NCBI GenBank assembly: GCA_017744855.1
Contig: JAGIAK010000004.1
Location: 811-64,810, forward strand
Source of the DNA: Microbacterium sp.
GTDB taxonomy: Bacteria; Actinomycetota; Actinomycetes; Actinomycetales; Microbacteriaceae
Direction: 5' to 3'
DNA length: 64,000 nt
Part shown: piece by piece, positions 18,655-29,674 of the stretch
How the letters are laid out: each line of letters begins with the position of its first letter
How positions within the stretch are numbered: position 1 is the stretch's first letter
The notes under the pieces: generated by a model
What the model saw: only the letters and a program-made list of their open reading frames with translations
The model's database searches: none
Told to the model about the DNA's origin: nothing
Program-made: the position numbers and the translations under genes

Positions 18655-19410
18655 TCACGGGCGATGGCGCCGTGCACGAATACGCGTCGCCACCAGGGCC
18701 GCACCGGCAGACGTGAGCAACATGGTGGAGCCGATGAGGAGGCGCCTGCGTCTCCACACCACAGCCTGGAGCTCGTCGAGTTGCGCACGGGCTGAGTCGA
18801 TCCCCTCCCGCTCCCACCCGTACTTCGCGTCCTCATACTGGGCGATGTATCGACGGAGGAACTCGGCCCGGCGATGCGGACTGAACCGCGGCTCGTTCAG
18901 GAAGATCAGATCGAACGGCACCATGTCGCGGTAGACGATCGTCGGAACGGGAGTCCGTAGGGGGTAGTAGTCGGAGCCGTGGACACTCTCCGCGTTGTTC
19001 CGTGGAAAGAGTGCTCCGACCATGAGATTCTGGCGGATCGCGTCTATCTTCGCCCGACGTTGAACCTCGCTGATCGCGTCGTCCGTGGTCGACTCGGGGT
19101 AGAGGACCACCAGGGCCGCGTACCTGAACCGCTCTCGATTCTCCGACCACGCGTCGCGAACGATCGTGTTGATCCGACGCGACTCGAGTCGCGCGGTCGT
19201 CGATCCGTCGCCGACCGCGAAGAGCACCTGATGTGCCCGCAGCGCTGCGGGCATGAAGGGGCAGACCGGGCCCGGACGGAGCGGATGGGTGGAGGTCAGG
19301 AACTCCAGAAGGTACGGCCGCACCTTCTGGACCGCCGCGTGGAGCCAGGGATGATCGTCGTAGGGGGCGGCGTCATCGTCGAACATGTCCCAGAAGAAGG
19401 CCCGGCTCAT
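18655..19410 (-). CDS. DUF6875-like protein with GPVCPF motif and C-terminal membrane anchor (putative peptide-modifying enzyme)
   Basis: 251 aa starting MSRAFFWD; motifs HPLRPGPVCPF, LMVGALFP and PLRTPVPTIVYRDMVPFD; ATGA overlap with the MFS stop; family recognised from memory. Confidence 0.7.
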   Translation of the reverse strand: MSRAFFWDMFDDDAAPYDDHPWLHAAVQKVRPYLLEFLTSTHPLRPGPVCPFMPAALRAHQVLFAVGDGSTTARLESRRINTIVRDAWSENRERFRYAALVVLYPESTTDDAISEVQRRAKIDAIRQNLMVGALFPRNNAESVHGSDYYPLRTPVPTIVYRDMVPFDLIFLNEPRFSPHRRAEFLRRYIAQYEDAKYGWEREGIDSARAQLDELQAVVWRRRRLLIGSTMLLTSAGAALVATRIRARRHRP

Positions 19411-20618
19411 CGTGAAGCCTCTTCGAGGTCGGCCTCGGTCGAGCGAAGAACGCGTGCGGCCAGTGCAGAGACGAGGAGTGCACAGGCGGCGATGCCGAGG
19501 GGGATCGGCACAGTCCCCGTCGCAGAGAGGATGCTGACGACGAGTGGCGCGAGCATTCGCCCCCCTTGAAATGCGAGAGAGTTGAGGGCCATGTATGTGC
19601 CGACCATCGATGGAGCAGCTGCGGCGAGGACGAAGGCCGGGAGGATGGCGATGATGATCGCCTCCCCGACACTCTGCAGCACGGCGAAGACGAACACGTA
19701 GCCGGTGCCGGCGTACGGCGCCAGCGACAGAGAGAGCCAGGAGATCGCTACGCATAGTCCGGCGGCGATCACGAGCGACCGGTGGAGGCGTGGTGAAAGC
19801 CAACGCGCTGCGCACACTTGAGTCAGTGTCGCTGCGATCGATCCTGCGGTGAATGCGGCGCCGACCCACGGTTGCAGGCTGGTCCCGGCCGTGAACGCGG
19901 GGAATCCGAACTCTCCCTGATTCATGAGGATGAGCGATACGCAGAATGTGAGGGCCACGAGTCGCGCGAATCGCGGATCCCGAACGGGACTCTTGAGCTG
20001 CGTCAGGTACGAACGCGCAACGGCGTCCGCTGCGTGGGAACGAGAGCCGTGACTCTGCGCGAGCAGGAACAGCACCGCAGTCACACAGAAGAAGGTGAGC
20101 AGATTCGCTCCGAACAGCATGCGGATCGCTCCCGCGCCGAGAAGCCCGACGGTCACGGATGACGCCGCTGTGCCGACGGCGAAAAGGGCATTCGACCATC
20201 CTGACTGAGCGCTGAAGAACCGCGCCCGGCGTTCAGCGCCGACCATGAGACCTACTGCGGACTGCAGCGCAGGCGCGGCCAGTGACATGCCGCATTCGAG
20301 GAGGACGACGCCGCTGATCGCGAGCCACACCGTCGATGGGCCGGCCGACAGGAGCGCGCCACATCCGATCACGCTCAGAAGGGACGAAGTGGCCGCGAAA
20401 CGGAGCGGGCCGACGCGGTCGATCGCGGGTCCTATCAGTGCGACGCCGACGAGGGAGACTCCTCCAGGGATGGCGAGAACCACTCCTGCTGCGGGGAGCG
20501 TCAGATCTATCGACTCGACGAGATAGATCAGCAGATAGGGGAGCGTGAGCCCCGTGCCGAACGCGGAGAGAGCGGACCCTCCGAAGAGGATCCGCTCCGG
20601 GGTGCCAGGTGGCGTCAC
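19407..20618 (-). CDS. MFS transporter (probable exporter)
   Basis: About 12 hydrophobic segments, GPAIDRVG motif A-like; GTG start overlaps the peptide stop (GTGA); alternative GTG at 20621. Confidence 0.85.
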   Translation of the reverse strand: MTPPGTPERILFGGSALSAFGTGLTLPYLLIYLVESIDLTLPAAGVVLAIPGGVSLVGVALIGPAIDRVGPLRFAATSSLLSVIGCGALLSAGPSTVWLAISGVVLLECGMSLAAPALQSAVGLMVGAERRARFFSAQSGWSNALFAVGTAASSVTVGLLGAGAIRMLFGANLLTFFCVTAVLFLLAQSHGSRSHAADAVARSYLTQLKSPVRDPRFARLVALTFCVSLILMNQGEFGFPAFTAGTSLQPWVGAAFTAGSIAATLTQVCAARWLSPRLHRSLVIAAGLCVAISWLSLSLAPYAGTGYVFVFAVLQSVGEAIIIAILPAFVLAAAAPSMVGTYMALNSLAFQGGRMLAPLVVSILSATGTVPIPLGIAACALLVSALAARVLRSTEADLEEASR

Positions 20619-20728
20619 CACTTCCAGCCGGCGGTGGGAGCCCTTCCGACGACCCTCTGAATCGTCCTTCGTACCCGCGCGACGAATCCGGCGGGCTGTT
20701 GGGGAGCACGTTCGAAATACGACATCAT
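20615..20728 (-). CDS. 37-aa peptide MMSYFERAPQQPAGFVARVRRTIQRVVGRAPTAGWKW, putative RiPP precursor
   Basis: GGAGGA RBS 6 nt upstream of ATG 20728; stop overlaps the MFS start; C-terminal part of ORF 20615..20854. Confidence 0.75.
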   Translation of the reverse strand: MMSYFERAPQQPAGFVARVRRTIQRVVGRAPTAGWKW

Positions 20729-20780
20729 CGGTCTTCCTCCGGTCTCGATGAGAGTTCGATCACGTCTGCGATCGCGTCGG

Positions 20781-20789
20781 ACGCTATCA
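20781..20789 (-). promoter_or_regulatory. Putative extended -10 (TGA-TAGCGT) for the peptide cassette
   Basis: TGn-TAnnnT about 50 nt upstream of the peptide start. Confidence 0.4.
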
Positions 20790-20855
20790 GCGGTCGTCGC
20801 GACCGAAAGAAGGGATTCGCCATCTGCCTCGGCGATGTCAGCAGGCGACAGCACG

Positions 20856-20909
20856 TTCCCGCGCTCCCACGCTCCCGGAGCAGGCGGGAGCGGGCGGGAG
20901 CGGACGGGA
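20856..20909. terminator. GC-rich hairpin downstream of galE, containing the right direct-repeat copy (20862-20898)
   Basis: CGCTCCCG/CGGGAGCG stem with extension, immediately after the galE stop. Confidence 0.6.
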
Positions 20910-21887
20910 CTAGGACGCCCGGCGGCGGGCCTCCCAGCCGGTGCGCACCATGTCGTCGACCGAGTACCGCATCCGCCAGTCGAGGTCCCGGGCGGCGAGC
21001 TCCCCCGTGGCGACGATGCGGTCGGGGTCGCCGGGGCGACGGGGGCCGATCTCCGGCGTGAAGTCGATGCCGGTCACGCGGGCGACGGCATCCATGATCT
21101 GCTTCACGCTGAGGCCGTCGCCGGAGCCGAGGTTGTACGCCGGCTCGATCGACTGCCCTCCGGCGAGGCGCTGCGCGGCGGCGACGTGCGCCGCAGCGAT
21201 GTCGCCGACGTGCACGTAGTCGCGCACGTTGGTGCCGTCGGGAGTGTCGTAGTCGTCGCCGAAGATCTTCGGCGTGCGTCCCTCGATCAGCGCCTCGAAG
21301 ACGATCGGGAAGAGGTTGTGCGGGCTCACGTCGTACACCGCGGGGTCGGCCGAGCCGACGACGTTGAAGTACCGCAGCGAGGTGTGCCGCAGCGGGCGCT
21401 CCGAGTCCGCGGTGGCCACGGCCTGATCGCGCAGCAGCCACTCGCCGATGAGCTTGGACTCTCCGTAGGGGCTGGCGGGCTTCTTGGCGGTGTCCTCGAC
21501 GACGAGCGGCACATCGGGGGTCCCGAACACCGCGGCGGACGAGGAGAACACGATGTTCGCGACGCCTGCCGCCTCCATCGCCTCCAGCAGGATGCGGGTG
21601 CCCTCGACATTCTGCGCGTACGTGTGCAGCGGCCGCTGCACCGAGACGCCCGCGTACTTGAACCCCGCGACGTGGATCACGCCCTCCGCATCATGCTCGC
21701 GCAGCGTGCGCTCGACGAGGTCACGGTCGAGGATGCTGCCCCGCACGAACGGGACGTCGGCGGGGGCGAACGACGCCTCGCCGCTGGAGAGGTCGTCGAT
21801 GATGACCGGGGCGAGGCCGGCATCCGCCAGCGCGCGCACGACGTGCGATCCGATGTAGCCGGCGCCGCCGGTGACGATCCAGGACAT
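20910..21887 (-). CDS. galE: UDP-glucose 4-epimerase
   Basis: TGGAGYIGSH, YGESK, LRYFNVVG and DGTNVRDYVHV motifs. Confidence 0.95.
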   Translation of the reverse strand: MSWIVTGGAGYIGSHVVRALADAGLAPVIIDDLSSGEASFAPADVPFVRGSILDRDLVERTLREHDAEGVIHVAGFKYAGVSVQRPLHTYAQNVEGTRILLEAMEAAGVANIVFSSSAAVFGTPDVPLVVEDTAKKPASPYGESKLIGEWLLRDQAVATADSERPLRHTSLRYFNVVGSADPAVYDVSPHNLFPIVFEALIEGRTPKIFGDDYDTPDGTNVRDYVHVGDIAAAHVAAAQRLAGGQSIEPAYNLGSGDGLSVKQIMDAVARVTGIDFTPEIGPRRPGDPDRIVATGELAARDLDWRMRYSVDDMVRTGWEARRRAS

Positions 21888-21955
21888 GGTTCTCCTTCAG
21901 GGGTCGGGTGCCTATTCTGTCAGCGCGGCTGCCGCGGTTCCTGTCAGGCTTCTGA

Positions 21956-22014
21956 TTCGAGTAGCGTGAATGGCTCGAAAATCCGCCGAAACGGAGCCAT
22001 TCACGCTACTCGAA
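21956..22014. repeat. Perfect 21-bp inverted repeat with 17-nt loop between galK and galE
   Basis: TTCGAGTAGCGTGAATGGCTC ... GAGCCATTCACGCTACTCGAA. Confidence 0.85.
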
Positions 22015-22029
22015 AGCGGATGCCGTGGC

Positions 22030-23207
<1,178 letters not shown>

Positions 23208-23211
<4 letters not shown>

Positions 23212-24392
23212 GCGACGTCCTCCTCGGAACGGGCGATGGCGTCGCGGAGGCGCGCTGCGCCCTGCTCGGGGGCGACCTCGGCGGCCCACGCCCACATCGC
23301 GGCCTCGGAGCCGGCGAGGAACTTGAGCTTGTCGGCCGCGCGACGGGGACTGGTCAGCTGCAGGTGCAGACGCACGGTGTCGCGTCCGGTGTGAACCGGG
23401 GACTGATGCCAGGCGGCGATGTACGGGGTCGGGGTGTCGTAGAGCGCATCGACGCCGCGGAGCAGACGCAGATAGAGGGGTGCGAGCTCGTCGCGCTCGG
23501 CATCCGTCGTCTCGGCGAGGTCGGGCACATGCCGGTGCGGCATGAGGTGCACCTCGAGCGGCCACCTGGCGGCGAACGGCACGAACGCCGTCCAGTGCTC
23601 GCCCTGGAACACGACGCGCTCGGAGCCCTGCTCGGACTCCAGGATGCGCTGGAACAGGTCGGGGGCGGTGCGGTCGATGCTGTCCAGCACTCGCGCGGTG
23701 CGCGGGGTGACGTACGGGTAGGCGTAGATCTGGCCGTGCGGATGCGGCAGGGTCACACCGATCGCCTCGCCGCGGTTCTCGAACGGGAAGACCTGCTGGA
23801 TGCCGGGCAGCTGCGAGAGTGCGGCAGTGCGGTCGGCCCAGGCCTCGATGACGGTGCGTGCACGGGTGACGCTCTGCGTGCCGAAGGATCCGGTGTGCTC
23901 AGGGCTGAAACACACGACCTCGCAGCGCCCGACGGCGGTGCGCGTGCGGCCGAGGTCGAGGGCGGAGAGGTCGTCGAGGCCGTGGGGCGGGGTGCTCGCG
24001 GCCGGGGCCGTGCCCGTCGCTTCGGCGAGAGCGGGACCGAAGGCGGGCGAGCGGTTCTCGAACACGGCGACGTCGTACCGTGACGGCACCTCGGAGGGGT
24101 TCGTCGGCGTCTGCGGGGCGAGCGGATCGGCGTCTGCGCTCGGCATCATGACGCGGTTCTGGCGGTTGGCGGCGACGGTGATCCAGTCGCCGGTGAGCAC
24201 GTCGAGACGCATCGTGGCCGTGTCGGGCCGCGGGTCGAGCGTGCGGGCATCGACCGAGCGCTCGGGGCCGAGCGTCGTATCGGGGTCGTCGTAATAGAGG
24301 AGTTCGCGGCCGTCGGCCAGCACCGTGGTGCGCTTGACGACGCCGGCGCCCAGCGCCTCCGCGGGCCGGTCGGGGAGACTCTGCGTGTTCAC
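23208..24392 (-). CDS. galT: Galactose-1-phosphate uridylyltransferase
   Basis: FENRGEAIGVTLPHPHGQ catalytic motif. Confidence 0.95.
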
Positions 24393-24429
24393 GTAAACAT
24401 GGTCGCACAGGGCCGTGGTAACGTCAACA
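24386..24429. promoter_or_regulatory. Two LacI-type operators between galT and its regulator
   Basis: TGTTCACGTAAACA (24386-24399) and TGGTAACGTCAACA (24416-24429), near-palindromes with central CG. Confidence 0.7.
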
Positions 24430-24479
24430 CGCAGCGGGTGTCGACGACCGCGACTCCTGCTCCACAGCGGTGACGGAGG

Positions 24480-25514
24480 ATGCCGATGACCGAGGACCCC
24501 GGCCTGAGCGACGGATCGCAGGAGTCTGCGCCGCGCCGTCGCCGCGCCGCGACCGGCCGTGTCTCGATGGCGATGGTCGCGGCGCGGTCCGGCGTCTCCG
24601 GGCAGACCGTCTCACGCGTGGTCAACGACAGTCCGCGGGTCGATCCCGCGACCAGGGAACGCGTCGAGCGGGCGATGGCGGAACTCGGCTACCGCCCGCA
24701 CCGTGCCGCCAGGGCGCTGCGCACGGGACGCTCCCAGACGATCGGACTCGTTGTCACGACCCTGGCCACCGTCGGGAACTCGCGGATGCTGCAGGCCACG
24801 GCTGAAGCCGCGGCCGAGCGAGGCTACGCGCTCACTCTCGTGACGGCATCCGCCGACATCGGCGAGGCGTTCGAGCGGCTCGCCGAGCAGGAGGTCGACG
24901 GCGCGATCGTGCTGAACGAGGCGTCCGCGCGCATCTCCGGCGCCACCCGGCCGCCGGGACTTCGACTGGTGGCGGTGGACGCCGAGCCCGGCGACGGGGT
25001 CATCGCCGTGCACAGCGACCACGCCGGGGGAGCGGCCGCGGCGACGAGGCACCTGCTCGCGCTCGACCGGGGAGCCGTGCATCACCTCGCCGGACCCGTC
25101 GACTCGTTCGCCGCCGCCCAGCGCGAGCGCGGCTGGCGGGAGGCGCTCGCCGCGGCGGGTGTCACGGCGCCCGACGTCGTGCGCGGCGACTGGACCGCCG
25201 AGGCCGGGTACGGGGCCGGACGCCTGTTGGCGGACGCGACCGCGGTGTTCTGCGCGAACGACCAGATGGCGCTCGGTGTCCTGCGGGCGTTCGCCGAGAC
25301 CGGACGACGGGTGCCGGAGGACGTCGCCGTCATCGGCTTCGACGACGTTCCGGATGCCGCGAACTACCGCCCGCCGCTGACGACCGTCCGTCAGGACTTC
25401 ACCACGCTGGCCCACCGCGCCGTGCAGGCCCTGATCGCCGAGATCGAGGGGGCCGACTCCCGGACCGAGGCCGACGTGATCCCCACCTCCCTCGTGGTGC
25501 GCGGCTCCGCCTGA
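24480..25514 (+). CDS. LacI family regulator (probable galactose repressor)
   Basis: SMAMVAARSGVSGQTVSRVVN HTH and VIGFDD motif; divergent from galT. Confidence 0.9.
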   Translation: MPMTEDPGLSDGSQESAPRRRRAATGRVSMAMVAARSGVSGQTVSRVVNDSPRVDPATRERVERAMAELGYRPHRAARALRTGRSQTIGLVVTTLATVGNSRMLQATAEAAAERGYALTLVTASADIGEAFERLAEQEVDGAIVLNEASARISGATRPPGLRLVAVDAEPGDGVIAVHSDHAGGAAAATRHLLALDRGAVHHLAGPVDSFAAAQRERGWREALAAAGVTAPDVVRGDWTAEAGYGAGRLLADATAVFCANDQMALGVLRAFAETGRRVPEDVAVIGFDDVPDAANYRPPLTTVRQDFTTLAHRAVQALIAEIEGADSRTEADVIPTSLVVRGSA

Positions 25515-25585
25515 GGCGGGTCGGGCCGGGGTGGGTCGGGCTGGGGCGGGTCAGGCTGGGTGGGTCGGGCTGGGGTGGCTATGGG
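25515..25585 (+). repeat. G-rich ~15-nt tandem repeat (GGGTCGGGCTGGGGT-like), about 4 copies
   Basis: Runs of GGG every ~5 nt in the intergenic region. Confidence 0.65.
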
Positions 25586-25711
25586 CTGTGGTGGCTCTGC
25601 GTGACGCGGATCCGCCAGGTGGTTCGGCTCGGCGTGAGTTCCGCCGGACGCGGCCGCGCCCCGACATCCGCACCTGCCGCCGTTTCGGTCCGCCAGGCGT
25701 AGGCTCTGGGC

Positions 25712-26785
25712 ATGAGCACGCCGGAAGGCCCCTCTCGGGGTCGCGGCCCTCGCGCCGGTCGTGGGAACGTCCCCACTCTGCAGGATGTCGCGCGTGAGGC
25801 GGGCGTCTCTCTCGCCACAGCCTCACGGGTGCTCAACGGCTCGCAACGCACCGTGGCGGAGCCCTATCGCGGGCGTGTAGAGCGTGCGGCTGCAGAGCTG
25901 GGCTACACGGCCAATGTGTCAGCGCAGGCGACGGCCCGCGGCACCTCGCCGGTGGTCGCGCTGCTGGTGGCCGACATCGCCGATCCGTACTTCGGGCTCA
26001 TCGCCACCGGCGTCGCGCGGGGCGCCGACGAGCACGGACTCGTCATGACGATCTCCCTCACGCAGCACGACCCGGCGCGGGAGGCGAGGACGATCCGGGC
26101 GCTGCGCGGCCAGCGACCGCAGGGGCTCATCCTCGCGGTGTCGCGCACATGCGACGAGTCCGCGACCGACACGGAGCGCGAGCTCGCCGACTTCGCAAGG
26201 CGGGGCGGACGGGTGGTCACCTTCGGATCGGGGATCGCCGAGTATCGCCGCGTGGGGATCGACGACCGCGGTGGGGCCGAGGAGCTGGGGCGGAGCATGG
26301 CCGACCTCGGTTACCGGTCGGCGATCACCCTCGCGGCGGCGGAGGGCGTGATCGCCTCCGAAGACAGGGTCGTCGGGTTCCGTCGGGGCTTCACCGACGG
26401 TGGCGGCGTGGTCGAGCGGGTCGTTCGCGGCGACTTCCGGCGTGAGTCGGGTGCGGCGTCGATGGCATCGGCGCTCGCAGACGGAGTGCCGGAGGGGACG
26501 CTCGTCTTCGGGGTGAGTGATGTCGTTGCAATCGGTGCCATGTCTGCGCTGCGTGACGCGGGGCGCGTGATCGGAGCGGATGTCGCCGTCTGCGGTTTCG
26601 ACGACGTGCCCTCCGGCAGTGACCTGACGCCCGCGCTCACCACGGTGCGGGTTCCGCTCACCGAGCTCGGGTACCAGGCGTTCCGCGCGATGGTCGACGT
26701 CGAGTGGGAGCAGCCGCATCTGCCGCTCGACGTGATCGTTCGGGCGAGCACGCCCTCGCGGCGAGCCCGAACCCGGAGCCTCTGA
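25712..26785 (+). CDS. LacI family transcriptional regulator
   Basis: TLQDVAREAGVSLATASRVLNG HTH and VCGFDD motif. Confidence 0.92.
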   Translation: MSTPEGPSRGRGPRAGRGNVPTLQDVAREAGVSLATASRVLNGSQRTVAEPYRGRVERAAAELGYTANVSAQATARGTSPVVALLVADIADPYFGLIATGVARGADEHGLVMTISLTQHDPAREARTIRALRGQRPQGLILAVSRTCDESATDTERELADFARRGGRVVTFGSGIAEYRRVGIDDRGGAEELGRSMADLGYRSAITLAAAEGVIASEDRVVGFRRGFTDGGGVVERVVRGDFRRESGAASMASALADGVPEGTLVFGVSDVVAIGAMSALRDAGRVIGADVAVCGFDDVPSGSDLTPALTTVRVPLTELGYQAFRAMVDVEWEQPHLPLDVIVRASTPSRRARTRSL

Positions 26786-26894
26786 ATCCGGAGCCGTGCG
26801 GTCGCCCTGAGCGCGACCGTCGCGGCCCGTTGAGTCAGAGCGCCGCGACGGCCGTGGCCACGGGAATCAGCCTCCCGCGGCCGTGGCCAGGGAG

Positions 26895-28538
26895 TCAGCC
26901 TCCGAGCGCTGCGCTCACCACGGCGCGGGCCTCGGCCTGCACCTCGGCGAGGTGGTCTGCACCGAGCAGGCTCTCGGCGTAGAGCTTGTAGACGTCTTCT
27001 GTGCCCGACGGGCGCGCGGCGAACCAGGCGTGCTCGGTCTGCACCTTGAGGCCGCCGATCGCAGCGCCGTTGCCTGGCGCATGTGAGAGCTTGGCGGTGA
27101 TCGTCTCGCCGGCGAGTGTGGTGGCGCTGACGGCCTCGGGAGCGAGCTTCGACAGAGCGGTCTTCTGCTCGGGCGTCGCGGGAGCGTCGACGCGCTGGTA
27201 AGCGGAGGCGCCGAACGCCTCCTCCAGCTCGCGGTAGCGCTCCGACGGCGACTTGCCGGTGACGGCGATGATCTCGGCGGCGAGCAGGCAGAGCAGGATG
27301 CCGTCTTTGTCGGTGGACCACACACTGCCGTCCTTGCGCAGGAACGAGGCTCCGGCGGACTCCTCGCCGCCAAAGGCTACGGATCCGTCGAGCAGTCCGG
27401 GCACGAACCACTTGAAGCCGACGGGCACCTCGAGGAGGCGGCGGCCGAGGGACTCCGCGACGCGGTCGATGATCATCGACGACACCAGGGTCTTGCCGAT
27501 CGCGGCGTCGCGCGGCCAGTCGGCCCTGTGCGAGAAGAGGTAGTCGATCGCCACGGCGAGGTAGTGGTTGGGGTTCATGAGACCGGCGTCCGGCGTGACG
27601 ATGCCGTGCCTGTCGGCATCCGCGTCGTTGCCGGTGAGCACGTCGTAGTCGCCCTTCTTGGCGACCAGGGAGGCCATCGCCGACGGCGACGACGGGTCCA
27701 TGCGGATCTTCTCGTCCCAGTCGAGCGTCATGAAACGCCAGGTCGGATCGACCTCGGGGTTCACCACCGTGAGGTCGAGGTCGTGCACCTCGGCGATCAA
27801 CGCCCAGTACTCGACCGACGCCCCACCCAGAGGGTCGGCTCCGATGCGCACGCCCGCGCGACGGATCGCGTCGACGTCGATGATCGACGACAGGTCGCGC
27901 ACGTAGGCGTCGCGGAAGTCGTAGCCGCCGATCGCGTCGAGGTCGAGGTCGGCGTGCCGGACGCGCTTGACCCCGGCGAGGCCGTCGCGGATGAGCGCGT
28001 TGGCGCGGTCGGCGATCCACCCGGTCGCGTCGGTGTCGGCGGGACCGCCGTGCGGCGGGTTGTACTTGAACCCGCCGTCGCGCGGCGGGTTGTGGCTGGG
28101 CGTGACGACGATGCCGTCGGCGCGACCGGCGGCATCGGCCGGGAGGTCGCGGTTGTACGTGAGGATCGCGTGGCTCAGCGCCGGGGTGGGCACCCACGAG
28201 TCGCGGGAGTCGACGCGCACGTCGACGCCGTTGGCCACCAGCACCTCGATCGCGCTGCGCTCTGCGGGCAGCGACAGCGCGTGAGTATCGCGGCCGAGGA
28301 AGAGCGGACCGGTGATGCCCTGGCCGTTGCGGTAGTCGACGATCGCCTGCGTGGTCGCGAGGATGTGGTTCTCGTTGAAGCTGTTCGACAGCGATGAGCC
28401 GCGGTGGCCGCTGGTGCCGAACACGACGCGCTCGCCGGCGACCTCGGGGTCGGGTACGCGATCGTAGTAGGCGGCGATCAGCTCGTCGACGTCGATCAGG
28501 TCTGTGTCCTCCGCGGGGAGGCCGGCACGGCTCGTCAT
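26895..28538 (-). CDS. pgm: Phosphoglucomutase (alpha-D-glucose-1,6-bisphosphate-dependent)
   Basis: [23 protein letters not shown] and GGEESAG motifs. Confidence 0.96.
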   Translation of the reverse strand: MTSRAGLPAEDTDLIDVDELIAAYYDRVPDPEVAGERVVFGTSGHRGSSLSNSFNENHILATTQAIVDYRNGQGITGPLFLGRDTHALSLPAERSAIEVLVANGVDVRVDSRDSWVPTPALSHAILTYNRDLPADAAGRADGIVVTPSHNPPRDGGFKYNPPHGGPADTDATGWIADRANALIRDGLAGVKRVRHADLDLDAIGGYDFRDAYVRDLSSIIDVDAIRRAGVRIGADPLGGASVEYWALIAEVHDLDLTVVNPEVDPTWRFMTLDWDEKIRMDPSSPSAMASLVAKKGDYDVLTGNDADADRHGIVTPDAGLMNPNHYLAVAIDYLFSHRADWPRDAAIGKTLVSSMIIDRVAESLGRRLLEVPVGFKWFVPGLLDGSVAFGGEESAGASFLRKDGSVWSTDKDGILLCLLAAEIIAVTGKSPSERYRELEEAFGASAYQRVDAPATPEQKTALSKLAPEAVSATTLAGETITAKLSHAPGNGAAIGGLKVQTEHAWFAARPSGTEDVYKLYAESLLGADHLAEVQAEARAVVSAALGG

Positions 28539-28690
28539 GCAGACAGTCTGCCCCCTGCGCCCCGCGATCGCATCCTTCGTTTCATGTGCATTCCGGTGGT
28601 GTCCGCCATGGATTCCGGATGACCGCCGGCGGTCCGGCCCCGACGGAACACGGCGCTCGGGTGTCCTGCGGGAGGGCTAAGGTGAAACGC

Positions 28691-29632
28691 GTGACCGAAC
28701 GCCGCACCTACAGCTATCTCGGCCCCGCTGGCACCTTCACCGAGGCGGCTCTCGAACAGGTCGCCGAGGCGCGCGGTCAGGACTGGCGCCCCGTGCACAA
28801 CGTCGGTGAGGCTCTCGCCGACGTGCTCGAGGGCCGCAGCGACGCAGCGATGATCGCCATCGAGAACTCGATCGAGGGCGGTGTGTCCACCACGCAGGAC
28901 GCGCTGGCGACGCTGCCCGGCTTGCGGATCGTCGGCGAGTACCTGGTGCCGGTGAACTTCGTGCTGGTCGCACCTCCCGGCACCCGCCTCGACGACGTGA
29001 GCGTCATCGCGGCGCACCCCGTGGCCTACGCGCAGTGCCACGGCTGGCTCGGCGAGAACCTGCCGAAGCACTCGCACGTGCCGGCCGCGAGCAACGTCGC
29101 ATCGGCGATCGGCGTGCTCGACGGCACGCTCCCCGCACAGGCAGCGATCGCCGCGCCCGGCATCGTGCAGCACTACGACGTCGAGGTGCTGGCGTCCGAG
29201 ATCGGCGACAACGCCCAGGCCGTCACCCGATTCGTGCTCGTCACGCGCACGGCCCGCTCGCCGGAGCCGACCGGCGCCGACAAGACCTCCCTCATCGTCG
29301 AACTGCCGCACGACCACCCCGGTTCGCTGCTCGAGATGCTCGAGCAGTTCTCCACACGCGGCATCAACCTGTCGCTCATCGAGTCCCGCCCCATCGGCGA
29401 CGAGCTCGGGCGCTACCGCTTCGTCATCGACGCAGACGGCCACATCGAGCACGAGCGCATGGCCGACGCCCTGCTCGGCATCCGCCGGTTCAGCCCGCGC
29501 GTGGTCTTCCTCGGTTCGTACCCGCGCGCCGACCGCCAGATCGTGCAGTACCCCGACCGCTACGCCGACGACGTGTTCGTCGAGGCGCGCGACTGGCTGC
29601 GCGGCATCCTCTCCGGCGAGCCCGAGGCGTAG
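28691..29632 (+). CDS. pheA: Prephenate dehydratase
   Basis: YLGPAGTFTE, IENSIEG, TRF and ESRP motifs; GTG start. Confidence 0.95.
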   Translation: MTERRTYSYLGPAGTFTEAALEQVAEARGQDWRPVHNVGEALADVLEGRSDAAMIAIENSIEGGVSTTQDALATLPGLRIVGEYLVPVNFVLVAPPGTRLDDVSVIAAHPVAYAQCHGWLGENLPKHSHVPAASNVASAIGVLDGTLPAQAAIAAPGIVQHYDVEVLASEIGDNAQAVTRFVLVTRTARSPEPTGADKTSLIVELPHDHPGSLLEMLEQFSTRGINLSLIESRPIGDELGRYRFVIDADGHIEHERMADALLGIRRFSPRVVFLGSYPRADRQIVQYPDRYADDVFVEARDWLRGILSGEPEA

Positions 29633-29674
29633 CCCGCTCTCGCCCCCGCGCAGGCCCCTCCGAAGACCGGAGCG

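Noticed and set aside
18655-20199. 514-aa ORF as a single protein
   Set aside because: The N-terminal half overlaps the MFS gene out of frame; the plausible gene starts at ATG 19410.
20615-20854. 79-aa version of the peptide ORF
   Set aside because: The upstream start lacks an RBS, whereas ATG 20728 has GGAGGA at ideal spacing, so the 37-aa form is preferred.
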